Position numbers and translations under genes: made by a program | Assembly: GCF_008831285.2 (NCBI RefSeq) | Contig: NC_045138.2 | Span: 25,296,001 to 25,360,000 of the forward strand | DNA length: 64,000 nt | Source: Nymphaea colorata | Taxonomy: Eukaryota | Direction of reading: 5' to 3' | Shown here: positions 39,301-64,000 of the stretch, one piece after another | How the letters are laid out: each line of letters begins with the position of its first letter | Position numbering within the stretch: position 1 is the stretch's first letter | The notes under the pieces: model-generated | What the model was told of the DNA's origin: nothing | The model's database searches: none | Seen by the model: only the letters and a program-made list of their open reading frames with translations

Positions 39301-39822
39301 AATGGCCAATTGCGTTTCTCTTTCTATTATCGCAATGATAATCAAGATGATTGCACGAATTTGTGAATATCTGAACTAAAACTAAAGTAATCGATGGGTT
39401 GCATTTTATTGATGAACAGAATGGACGGAGGTCAATGGACTCCTGCAAGCAGGGAAGGTTATAATCTCCAAGATGGCATCTACAGATGCACAACGCAGGT
39501 GAAGTAGCTCATAGCATAAAAAAAACCAATCAGAAATACTTGATGAACATAAAGAAGTTAGCGTTTGTTCTTGTCTTCATTTTTTGAAAAGCGTCCCCTA
39601 CCTTGACAGGTATACCCACAGTCATGGACTGCAGTATACATGCCTCTGGACAACGTGGGGATGTGGAACATAAGATCAGAGAACTGGGCCAGGCAGTACT
39701 TGGGACAGCAGTTCTATCTCCGGGTCTACACTCCTGCACCTTCATACAGAGATGAGTATCCCATCCCAAGAAATGCGCTCTTATGTGGCCGGGCAGCCGG
39801 TCGCCGGACCAGACCTCTGTGA
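33324..39822 (+). CDS. SKU5-similar (SKS) multicopper oxidase-like / L-ascorbate oxidase homolog, ~542 aa; exons 33324-33464, 33624-33733, 35449-35719, 35814-35916, 36512-36857, 37892-38257, 39420-39498, 39610-39822
   Basis: Signal peptide, then EDPYRFYTWNVTYGDIYPLGV, ILINGQFPGP, ISWNG, SWEDGVYGTNCPIPPG, KDQIGSFFYFPS, GKTYRFRISNVG, RPNPQGSYHYG, WHIDG, LDNVGMWNIRS, YLGQQFY, PRNALLCG. Exons join in frame (1629 nt). Most Cu-ligand His residues are absent, as expected for SKS proteins, and there is no GPI tail. Confidence 0.96.
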
Positions 39823-42353
39823 TCACAATCATCGGTGGTGCTCAACTCAAAGCTGTCGTCATGAAAGGATGACGATTTACTGAAATTATGCTTCTTCCTT
39901 GGTGCTCAACTCAGAGTTGTTGTCTAAGCAGAGTAATTTTGATATTCTTCAATTATTCCTTTCTCCATTAATATAAATCCTAAGAAGTAAAATCCTTGGA
40001 TATGTATCTGTATGAGGACTTAGCACGATGACCACATCTAGAAAGCTGTGGCCTCGATTCTTGTAGCATTGTTGGGGTATATTGGCTGTTGTGATTTTAT
40101 AGAAAAAATAGAATAAAGATTCAAATCTCTCTCTCGCTCTCTTCAAAACACACATACATGTGTATAGGAAAGAGAGGGCGATCATCTCGTGGATGTTATT
40201 GAATTTCTTTAAATCTTTCCTGTATGAGCTCCAACAAAACCATGTTAACTGGTTGGACTTGAGATTACTGTTCGAACATAAACTGGGTACGAGTTTAGAG
40301 TCGTCCTCTTTTCTTGGTTCCCAAATGATAGGCGTTTGGAAGTAGCTATAAAGTCCTGCAATATAAGAAACCCGTGTCTCAGACTTCCAAAAGTTGTCAT
40401 TTGTTGATGTACAAAAGCATTTAAAGCCACTGACTGAACTTTTTACTGAGATTGTGCCCTATGTACCGTCCACGAGTGCTTGGTGAGAATGAGAACTCGA
40501 AAAGAAACCACGCTTTCTGGGTACATCGGCAGGCCAAATCAATATGTTTGTATTTACGGTGTTTTTTTATTGGTTTCCTTTCAACATAAGTCTGCGGGAA
40601 ACTTCTCCGTTCCGTCGATTAAAACTTCGCTTTTGATACCTTGAGAAGTGTTAGTATCCGACTTGAAGGGTCTGTTTGGTGGTGAGGGAAAGTTATCCGT
40701 GGTGCACTCTACCTTAAGATGCTGACTTTGCTGCATGCGGTAAGAAAAGTCCATTTCTTTTTCCATGTAAAAACAGAAAAGAGTGAAGTATCTGGTCGAT
40801 TGAAGTTGGTACAGTGGGAGACTGTGTTTGACAGGAAATGCGTGTTATTCTTTCAACCAAAGTAAGAATGCTCCATCCATCAAATACTCTAAAGGGCCTC
40901 TTTGAATACCAGGTGAAAGTGTCCCACAACCTTCAGTCTAAATGGATTAAACATGTCTGATTATCAGTTCAAACTAAAATTTGCTTTAACATAGTAACGA
41001 AATTCACCTTCGGTTACTAACCATAAGAAATCCTATATGCAGTTTCACAATCAAATCCAAATTAGAGTATGATATCTCACTCATACACACAGCGGCCTCC
41101 ATTATCGTGGATGACCACTGCCAGCCTTTGCATTCCCTTCTTGTGTATGCAAACAAGAGGAGATGCACCAAGTAGCCCAAAATTCTGCCAAGGATTTGGC
41201 CTAATCAGGAATTGCATCCATAGCTCAATCTCTTCTCTGTGTTTTACTGCCCATGTGGAATTACCTTATGTTGAAAGATAGAATAATCACATTTTTTCAC
41301 CTGTTAATAAATGAAGTAATATTTATTATATTTTATTATATGAAAATGTGTCCCCAGATACGCCACTAAGTAGCGTGTCGGTGTGATCAGAGCTTTCAAT
41401 CTCCGGTAGCTCTGTTTGGATCCTCCGTTATCTGTTTCGGGTGGTTAACATCTCTCTCTCTCTCTCTCACGCTCTCTTTCTCTGTCTCTCGCTCGCGCAT
41501 TTGCCATGGGTTGTCTTCAGTTAAACCTGCAGTTCTTCTGTTCTTGCTCCGGAGGCCTTCCTCCTCGCGCTGTTCTTGGCAATGGGAGAGCTCATGTTCT
41601 GACATTCTTGCCTGGGGATTCCCCACATTTGACTCTACGCTGCCGCCGGTATCAGCACCGCGTACGAAGCGTCCCCGGCAACCATCTTTTCATCCTGTCG
41701 CGGGTGATCCCAGGAGCATCAGGCGTCGACTACTCCACCTTCATTCCTTTGAGGTACTTCAACTGACCCTTCCATCGTCTGAATTACGTGGATCATTCTT
41801 GCACAGAGAGAAAGAGGGAGCCATAAGCAAAACTACCCACTTAGGAATTCTCCTATCCTGGACCTCACATTGATGAGGACCCTCTTGATGGAAGTGTTTG
41901 AGATACCTTGCCAATGCTATCTTGGTAATATCAAATGCCACGATGAACTTCCTGGTTGGGATGTCATCATGCTACAAAGTTTTTGAGGTCTCTTGACTCT
42001 GCTACTTTGTTAACGTAAAACGCTACCGGAACCACAAGCTTCCGGTCTGTCTGTCACCGTCATGATCACCATCAAGCTTTCTTTTGATGAAAATCTTTTA
42101 AGGTCACTTGCCTGTGATAACATTATAAAAATTTTCTGAAATGGGTAATTTATCTGGGCCGGACGGAGGTGTGAAAGTTAACAGGCTGATAGTCTCGGGC
42201 TCACGTTCGGAAAGCACCGGTGGCTGGTGAAATCACCCACCGGATAACTCAATCTCCCAGCCAGGAAGTTCACCCGCTTTTGCGTTTTTGGCAGCTATCA
42301 GTCACGCATTTATCGATGCTTTTTTTTGTATGCATTCTCGCTGATGGGTATAG

Positions 42354-42566
42354 TGTTTGATGTGCGTGGCCAGTGCTGGACTTCTGTTTCTTTACTGGAT
42401 TGCCAACTTTGTGGTGCCGGAATTGGCAATAACGAGACGCTCCGAAACTGAGAAGGAAGACTCTTCTTCATCACCCACATCAAATGTAGTTGAGGCAACC
42501 GACCCATCGGAAAGCAGCAACAAGCGCCAGGGAAGACAGAGAAGAAAGAGTTCGAAGGCGAGATAA
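42354..42566 (+). pseudogene. Exon-like remnant encoding a single TM helix plus charged tail (possible small membrane-protein gene or pseudogene)
   Basis: After TAG at 42351-42353 it reads CLMCVASAGLLFLYWIANFVVPELAITRRSETEKEDSSS...RQRRKSSKAR*. The upstream candidate frame from the ATG at 42141 is interrupted by TGA. Confidence 0.35.
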
Positions 42567-42999
42567 AATCCTCTTGGCGGGTCGCTTTGAAGGTAGCAAG
42601 AATGAGTAAAGGAAATCTATTGAAGGAGGAAGCTGATCAGTGCGATAAGGCATACCTTGTGCATCAATGTTGAATCGGATAGAATTTGAACAATTGTACG
42701 TGTGTAACGAGTCGATCGAACAACCATTAATCAGGTTTGGTTCGACCATTGGCGAATCATTTCCCGAGTCCCAATTCCTGTGCATATCTGGCCGCAACTT
42801 AATGCCACGCGATAAAGTTGATTAGTAAAGGAAGGCAGAATTCAGGTGAACCAGTGACAACCCTCAGCCGTGAAAAGATTTCCATATTTTTGAACAGGTA
42901 TACAATTGAACATAAATTTTCATATTATGAAATAATTAACAATGAATTGTCAGGTTATATTACAATGGTCTATGCGGCCTTTGCATAGACCGGAATGAT

Positions 43000-56381
<13,382 letters not shown>

Positions 56382-57707
56382 GGGATGGGACGTGACGAAC
56401 AGAGACTTTACAGAGCATATGGATTCAATTTGACCATCACTCCTTTATAGTGAATCAGTCCACCCAAGATATGGAAAACAGAGAGAGAGAGAGAGAGAGA
56501 TTTCCTTTCGCCGGTTTGTCGATGAAATGGCGTCGTGGAGAAGGGGAAATGAACGTCATACGCAGTTGCGCGTTCGTGCCCAACTCCCTCAAGTGTTTTA
56601 GTCTCTCCTGCGTATCTTCAAACAGGAGGCCAGGGAGGACGGAGGAGGAGGCTGCCCACCATCGCTGACCCTCTGCTCTTCGCTTTCTACAACCCGGTGG
56701 ATCGCACCAACCCGCCCTTTTTTCGACGACTTCGGCAAGCCCCTTCAGGAGCCCACAATCTTCTATTTCTCCTATTTTTATGCGTTTATTCTTGTCAGAA
56801 TGGTTTATTCTTCCCAGATGGACGGCTCATGGCAACCCTCCTCTTCCATGGCTATGTGGCACCCTAGGATCGTCAGGTCGTCGATGCATCTTCTACAAAA
56901 CGAAAATAGTTAGGTTCCTGTATCAAACATTTCTGTGACAAGGTCGAGAAGTCGAACATGAGCAATAACAGTGTATTAGTTTCCATCGAATTGCTTATGA
57001 AGTTGTAACAAGCAAACTTTACATAATTTTAGGTTGGGTAGCGAAGTGGCTAAAGTGTTTGACTTGTGAATGATATGTTTAATAATTCAAAACCGTATTG
57101 CTTACAAGTTACATGTAAAGATGACTTTAGTGTGTTTGATTGGTGTACATATATCATTTTAGTTGTTAGTCTTTCTAAAATTAATGATCAAGAGAAAAAC
57201 AAGGGAAAAGAAGAAGATAAAGTATTTTAGACATAGTTAACAACTTTTTCTCTTTATTTTTTTGAATCATCAGTCCATCTTACATAGATCAACGACTAAG
57301 ATGATTTATTATAGGTCTATCACTTAAGGGGACATCTGAAGGCCGCTTTTTAGTTGGTATATCTCCGTTGCAATATTACCAATTTCCGGTGACATTAGAT
57401 AACATCAGATTAGATCGCGCAACGCTGAAAAGGAAAAACGAACCGTCGTATTGAAGGCTCGATGGAAATCCATGAGTCGAGCTATATATCACTTAAATGC
57501 ACATATAATTCAATTTCTAATTCTTAGTTACTTTCTTTTAACGCATTGCCCGTTTGCAATAAAATATTAAACCTACAATGATGCTTATAAATATAAATGT
57601 AAACGCTTATTGGCCGGACCTGTCCCACGGTACACATTTCATCTCAGAAAATATCAAATCCTCAAAAATAAAATACATATCAGTGACTTCTAGTGCATGG
57701 AAACGAA

Positions 57708-58403
57708 CTATGTTCCACCAGGACCGCCACCTCCTCCGCCGCCACCACCACCAACTTGAGGTCCATTCCTACCACCCGATCCACCTCCAAATTTGAAGCC
57801 TACTCCAACCCCGAAACCAAACCCAGCTCTTATTCCACTTTTACCACCTACCCCTCCACGACCTCCACCTCCTCCTGCGCCACCACCTTGCCCAAAGCCT
57901 CTACCTGCACCGCCGCCAAGCCCAAAACCTCCACCTATGCCACCACCAGCACCGAAACCTCCTCCTAACCTGCCTCCGGCACCAGCATGAAAACCGCCTC
58001 CAACACCACCTCCTATTCCACCTCCAACCCCACTGCCACCTCCAACGCCACCACCATAACCAGAACCGCCACCCACCCCGCCACGGCCACCACCATATCC
58101 GGAGCCTCCACCGACTCCTCCGCCAACTCCACCTCCAAACCCTGCACCACCTCCGACGCCACCACCCGCTCCAAACCCACCACCACCTCCCAATCCCACG
58201 CCACACAATTTTTTCCACCTCACAATTCGGCAACCAAGTCCACCTAAACTGAACAGTAGCCGACCGGAGTTATCGACCGCATAACCATCGACTGGTTTCT
58301 GGCCGGTGGTCAGCACCCTTGCACCAACGTCGGCAATCGAGAAGACCATGAACACCACCATTGCTAATATCAGAACGAAGAAGTGGTTGGGTGGTCGAGG
58401 CAT
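57708..58403 (-). CDS. Secreted glycine-rich protein, single exon, ~231 aa
   Basis: ATG at 58403, signal peptide MPRPPNHFFVLILAMVVFMVFSIADVGA, then GGG(V/F/A/Y) repeats to TAG at 57708. A TATA-like element lies at ~58500-58508. The longer ORF-track start is probably 5' flank. Confidence 0.9.
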   Translation of the reverse strand: MPRPPNHFFVLILAMVVFMVFSIADVGARVLTTGQKPVDGYAVDNSGRLLFSLGGLGCRIVRWKKLCGVGLGGGGGFGAGGGVGGGAGFGGGVGGGVGGGSGYGGGRGGVGGGSGYGGGVGGGSGVGGGIGGGVGGGFHAGAGGRLGGGFGAGGGIGGGFGLGGGAGRGFGQGGGAGGGGGRGGVGGKSGIRAGFGFGVGVGFKFGGGSGGRNGPQVGGGGGGGGGGPGGT

Positions 58404-61400
58404 TATTTCGTATGCAGAAGATAGATGATAATGGAAGAGAGGCAAAACTAAGAAGAGAGTCACTCGATGTGCTGCGACTAAGTACACCATCTGATCCTTT
58501 TTATATATGATAGGAGTTAGGAGGGGAAAGGTTGATCCTTCAACCAAGTGAACGCAATCTGGCCTTTTTGTTGCACACTTTATTCCCCGCGTCTTCATCT
58601 CATTTTCAAATTATTAGTATTATTGTTATTATTTTTATATTTATTATGTCAAAACTCCAAGCCTGCTTCTTCATAGCTCAAGGCTCAAGGAAAGCAGCTT
58701 AGCGGGCTGGTTAAAAGTAGTCATTAATTTGATTCTGGTAGGTACTACTTTTTTAGTCCCTAAATGATGGATATTGACCCTAAATGATGGATATTGATGG
58801 TTGTATCACTTCTCACCTAAGTCCCCAACAGTCTTGCCAGGATAAACACACCCCAAGATTGCTTTTCATGCTTCTCTCAACCCCATTTACTGCCATGTTT
58901 GGATATTTTAATTTTCCCAACTTGAATTAAGGTATATAACACACACAAAACATGCGGTTAATCACAATTTGCTGAAATTTGAGTGTCCTTTCTTACATAA
59001 TTAAAAGTTATGCACCTATTAAAACTTTGTAAATTTTCAATAGAACTAGTTACCAAGAATCTAAGTGAACCAAAAAAGAAAAAAGCAGGACCAACATGCA
59101 TATATGCTTCCCATTCATGTGCATATGCTTGGCTGGCACCTAGAAGTGGGGTTCATCTTTGACAAGGACCCATCTCCAATCCATCGCAGGATGAACCAGA
59201 AAAAGGTGGCTAGTTGGGTTCGACCCTCACCCCGGCCTATTATTGAGATCAAAGTGTCTTTGTGGACTCTTAATTATTGAGATTAAAGTGATCTCCCCAC
59301 AAGTTCTATCATCAGAAACTTTTGGACTTTGTTTAAAAAAAGATGTTTCGTATTCATGGGTGTTACACTGTTACTCGTTTTCACACAGACTTTTTGCCTT
59401 GCTTTCTGTTCAATTGACGTGACGTCCTGCAGTGTGCTTTTCCTAAAGTCGTTTCTTGATGTTGGCTACAAAGATCAAACAGGAATCCAGAAAACAGAGG
59501 AACCTGCCCATAGTCATCATCTCCTCAACATATATTCCATAAGCAGGTTTGAAAGGCAAGAGGTTGTAATAAACTAAGAAGCTATGCTGCCAATAAGGGC
59601 AACAAAGAAGCAGCTTTCATGGTTGACGAGGAGAAGCACCTCAAGGAGCTTTATATGCAGACATCAAAATTTTGCCACCATCAATTTCTTAGCCCCTTAT
59701 AGCTTCGATGCTAGATATAAAACCGGAGTTTAGGTTAATGAAAGAATGTTTTAGTCTCTGAGAAATAGAATCTCGGCACGAATTAGTAAAGGCAGAAGGA
59801 ATAAAGTGGACATCCTTGTCTGCAAGAGCCAAAGTTACTTTCTCAAAAAGGAAATTTTGGGATATCATTTTTCTTAGGCTTGCTGTTGGCTTCCAGCTGG
59901 GCTTTAGGATTTCCAAAATATTGCACCAGAATGCAGATTTCTCGATGTTCCATTGATAGTATAGACTGTGACATAAAATATTTGAAAATTGATTAGGTAC
60001 ATTTTTAAATGGAAAAACCATGATCGTCATGCTTTTGCTACAGATTTTTCATGGAAAGGTAAATTCCCAAGAAAAATTCTTATGTGGAAATTGATTCTTA
60101 TCTTCCATTTCCATCTTGCCATTGCGAAGAGCAAGGTTGCATCTAATCAACAGGCCTTGCTCCCTTTCTTATTGCCTATTACAGGAAAGAAACTGTCAAA
60201 GCAGGAAGCAGAGTTTCTCTGCTGCTGCCGAAAATAAATTAGCTGCAGAGAGAGCAGCCAAGAAGCTCTCATAGCACTGGTTGACAGTTCCCTGTGCTTC
60301 ATCTCGCAAGCGAAACAGGACAAATAATTGCAGGATGGGTTCCAGAATCTTTCAGGTTTCCTGTAAATTGAAGCAGTGCAGTGCTTAAGAAACCTCCGAA
60401 GGAGTGTACGTAATACAATATAGTTGTTTCCCAAGTTTTCTTTGCACCTATTGCATTGATCTATATTTTACTGCAGGTCTAATCCCGAAGAGGATTTAGT
60501 AATCGAACCAAGTTTCAAGGATCTAATTCCTCTCCTTTCATTAAAACATCTTCCGGCCGACCTACAGTATTTGATGATACTGTAATTGTCAACTACCACT
60601 GTGCTGCTGCCAACTTCATTATTGACCGAGCCAAAATAATTGTTTCAGAGAGGTCCATGGCCTTACATATCTTGCCAAAGGAGAAATTATCTAATCTGCT
60701 GAAGTCTGAAACGTTGGAAGTTGGAACTCGAAGCACCAACTTAGTTGCTCATGTTTATCAGAAAAGAGAGATTATTAAGAGCTCAAACTAAAAAAATTCT
60801 GTATATATTAGAAAGTAATAGCAATCGATCACAAGGCTTATGATCATAAGACTACACCATATTTAATTTAAGGCCAGTATGATGGATGAAATCAGTTATA
60901 TCCATGGTACGTACTGAAATCCGAACTGATGAAGCTTACTGTTGGCAATCCAGATCCAAATATACATGGGTAGATCATGCATCTACCGATGGATTGCGTA
61001 AATAATATTACCTATGATCTTTGTTTTCTTAATGTTTGGTTTGCAAGGACCTATTTTTTCCAAAAAATAAAGCTATGAACTAGCTACTTCCTGGTTTCAT
61101 GCTTAACTTGTGCCCATTGCAGTGCCACCACAAGAGTGGTTCTAAGAGCCAAACGATTGACCTGTTTGTTTAATCCAAAATTGTCAGAAAAGGGAAATGG
61201 TGGGTTCACTTTAAACTAAAAAAATGAGAAATTTCTATTTTCAGCTTATCTTTTGTCTATGTATAAAAAAAATCAGCTAATTTCCGTATTGATTTTCATA
61301 ATTAGAAATTTACAAACTGCCAAAAAACAACTCGAAAGTACGTATTTTAGCATGTGAATAGAAGAATCTCTATGCGTTTTTTTCCCAATACTTATATATT

Positions 61401-62181
61401 AATTTAAAATTAAAATAATAAATTGTTTAATTATGGTCCCTACCCATACGATTCCAATATATTTGAAATTTGATGCTCACAACATTGCCCTCAACCCGCT
61501 TTCCTTCTTTTTCTGCCGCGTCATGGTGGAAGAAACGTACAAGGTTGAAAACTTGGTTTAGTTATGCACTAGTTAAAGAATTTTGGTAGTTATATATATT
61601 TGCCAAATCATTTTAATTGAACCAACATCAGAAATAAGATTGAGATTGCCGCAAAAGCCAAGAATGAAATCTGGTGAACTAATTGCGTACTTAAGACAAG
61701 TTCAGGATTTCGACACTGAATTTTGCATTATGTGTGTTGCAGCATGCGCGCATCCAGAGAGAAAGGAATCCTCACATGGTTGATGCAAGAACACCAGAAT
61801 CTGCCATTCGCAGTTTTTCTTATAACTAAAAAGTTGGAAACTGTTCACCCACCAAAAGGTTGCAAGCTCTTTTCTGATAGGCGTAATTATATTACGCAAA
61901 GTATGATTCAGATATGAACCATGAAAAGTCAAATAATCCAGAGAGAAAATAAAAGAGATGCACTGATAAAGGCTTTCAATAGCTGCAGAAATCAGAAACA
62001 AAAGTAGTTACAGAACAGTTTGAACTTTCCCATTCTCCAAACTAGTTATTTCGATAGCATGCATAAATAGAGTACACAGCGGAAATGCTCGACCGATGGA
62101 CGAGTCATTCTTCTCGTAATTTTACGTTTCAATCACAAGTATGATACTTAGACTCTATAGTCCGGAAGACCACAACATAAT

Positions 62182-63357
62182 TTAATAGTGCCCACCTCCA
62201 TAGCCTCCGCCAGCTCCACCACCGTACCCACCCCCGTGGCCTCCCCCAAAACCACCACCATAACCACCGCCTGCCCCACCACCATAGCCTCCTCCAGCAC
62301 CACCACCGACTCCTCCACCATACCCTCCTCCAGCACCACCACCATAACCACCACCTGCTCCGCCGCCATAGCCTCCTCCAACACCACCACCAGCTCCTCC
62401 GCCATATCCTCCTCCAGCGCCACCACCATAACCACCACCTGCTCCGCCACCATAACCTCCTCCAGCGCCACCACCGGCTCCGCCACCGTAGCCTCCTCCA
62501 GCTCCACCACCTGCTCCACCGCCATAGCCGCCTCCTGCCCCACCTCCATATCCACCGCCATGCCCGCCTCCGGCACCACCTCCATACCCACCACCAAGGC
62601 CACCACCACCACCGTGCCCACCTCCAGCACCACCACCATAGCCTCCTCCAGCACCACCGCCTACACCACCTCCATACCCACCGCCATGCCCTCCTCCGGC
62701 ACCACCACCATAGCCACCGCCAAGGCCTCCTCCTCCACCATGCCCTCCTCCTGCGCCACCACCATAGCCACCTCCAGCACCACCTCCATACCCACCTCCA
62801 TGCCCACCTCCGGCACCACCTCCTACGCCACCTCCATAGCCACCGCCATGCCCACCTCCGGCACCACCACCATAGCCACCTCCTACGCCACCTCCATAGC
62901 CACCGCCATGTCCACCTCCGGCACCACCACCATAGCCACCTCCAGCACCACCTCCATACCCACCACCATGCCCACCTCCGGCACCACCTCCTGCGCCACC
63001 TCCATACCCACCTCCGGCACCACCACCATAGCCACCGCCTAGGCCGGTTCCACCACCTTGCCCGCCCCCAATGCCACCTCCGTATCCACCTCCAAGGCCA
63101 GAACCACCACCATACCCACCCCCAGCTCCACCTCCATAGCCACCACCGTATCCACCTCCACCACCGACGCCAAAGCCCTTACCAAAGCCACCTCCAAAGA
63201 ACTTATGGAACCACTTACGGTCATCAAGAGGAGGAGCCGGGGTCTGATGACTCTGGTCGTTCATCAACTTCCTGCTATTGGCACTGACATGGAGAAACAG
63301 GAAATTGAGCAAAATGAAGAAGAGGAGGAAGAGCCTTCCTCCCGGGGAGTTAGCCAT
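62182..63357 (-). CDS. Secreted glycine-rich cell-wall protein with GGGY/GGGH/GGGA repeats, single exon, ~391 aa
   Basis: ATG at 63357 (aagATGG context), signal peptide MANSPGGRLFLLFFILLNFLFLHVSA, an ARKL-like SRKL motif, then ~330 aa of Gly repeats ending GGGHY*. Confidence 0.93.
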   Translation of the reverse strand: MANSPGGRLFLLFFILLNFLFLHVSANSRKLMNDQSHQTPAPPLDDRKWFHKFFGGGFGKGFGVGGGGGYGGGYGGGAGGGYGGGSGLGGGYGGGIGGGQGGGTGLGGGYGGGAGGGYGGGAGGGAGGGHGGGYGGGAGGGYGGGAGGGHGGGYGGGVGGGYGGGAGGGHGGGYGGGVGGGAGGGHGGGYGGGAGGGYGGGAGGGHGGGGGLGGGYGGGAGGGHGGGYGGGVGGGAGGGYGGGAGGGHGGGGGLGGGYGGGAGGGHGGGYGGGAGGGYGGGAGGGAGGGYGGGAGGGAGGGYGGGAGGGYGGGAGGGYGGGAGGGVGGGYGGGAGGGYGGGAGGGYGGGVGGGAGGGYGGGAGGGYGGGFGGGHGGGYGGGAGGGYGGGHY

Positions 63358-64000
63358 CTTCTTTCTGTTCTGGTAGCTAGCTCTATAATTTCCTATTCTA
63401 TGGACAGGAATGATTGTGTGTTGAGGAAGTGTGGAAAGCGAGTGGTACTTATAGAAGCAGACGGTTGGGCTAGCCATTAATGAAGATCGATCCATAAGCC
63501 GCGTTCATATGAAGAAAGCACATGGATTGTGTTCTCTAAGCGCGTCTTGTTTAGGTGGAGGGACAAGATTGTTGGGGAGCAAGTAGAGCGGTGCATTGCA
63601 TTATCCAGAATTTAATGCATGATCATCAGCCATTCTTGGCCATCCCTTCCTTAATCTTTTCCTATACAGTAAGACATGTCTCAGTCAAAGCCTGGAAAAT
63701 ATTATTCACTTTACAGTTAACAGTTCTCACGTTCATTTCATTCTCACCTCAATTTTTTCTTCCTTTTCTATTATCAATTATCATTTTTCATTTCCATCCC
63801 TTCCTGCATCCAAAATTCAGTGAGTATTCTGGGAGGATGAATTCCTTATCACTGTATTGGGATAATATATGTTGAACCCCGCTGTCAATTTCTGTAAGTT
63901 GAAAAAGACAAGATCGGCGATGGGATCAATCAAGCTTCTATCCGGTGGCCATGGAATTGGTGAAAAATAACACCACCTCTGGTGCCCATGACGGCGCGTG

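Noticed and set aside
41060..41960. GC-richer stretch with short ORFs
   Set aside because: Only vague resemblance to LINE ORF1/RNase H fragments, and no frame can be assigned confidently.
57693..58247. Pro-rich extensin-like + strand ORFs
   Set aside because: Antisense shadows of the Gly codons of GRP1, with non-ATG starts or no signal peptide.
59195..59240. tRNA B-box-like gggttcgacc
   Set aside because: No cloverleaf or A box; at most a SINE remnant.
62188..63480. Long Ser/Thr-rich and other ORFs overlapping GRP2
   Set aside because: Shadow frames of the GGN-repeat coding strand. The 284-aa ORF starts at GTG and has no signal peptide.

Overview
Eukaryotic flowering-plant nuclear DNA, AT-rich and intron-rich; the species cannot be established from the sequence alone. 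Six apparently intact protein-coding genes are present: a 5-exon GDSL esterase/lipase (+, 111-2812), the meiotic MutS homologue MSH5 (-, 7764-24728, about 30 small exons), an 8-exon SKU5-similar (SKS) multicopper-oxidase-like gene (+, 33324-39822), a Rab3 GTPase-activating protein catalytic subunit gene (-, 43000-56381) and two single-exon secreted glycine-rich protein genes (-, 57708-58403 and 62182-63357). Intergenic and intronic DNA holds an orphan O-methyltransferase terminal exon, a degenerate duplicate of the MSH5 3' end, hAT- and Tourist-type MITEs (one with a perfect 8-bp TSD), LINE remnants and microsatellites. The most notable unexplained signals are (i) a ~108-nt pre-miRNA-like hairpin in GDSL intron 3 whose G:U pairs favour the sense strand, (ii) a cluster of non-canonical introns (two GC-AG, two U12-like GTATCC) in the middle of MSH5, (iii) relics of a tandem duplication of the MSH5 locus, and (iv) a perfect 60-bp palindrome. 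No prokaryote-type system is present. All exon boundaries were read by eye and may be off by a few bases.
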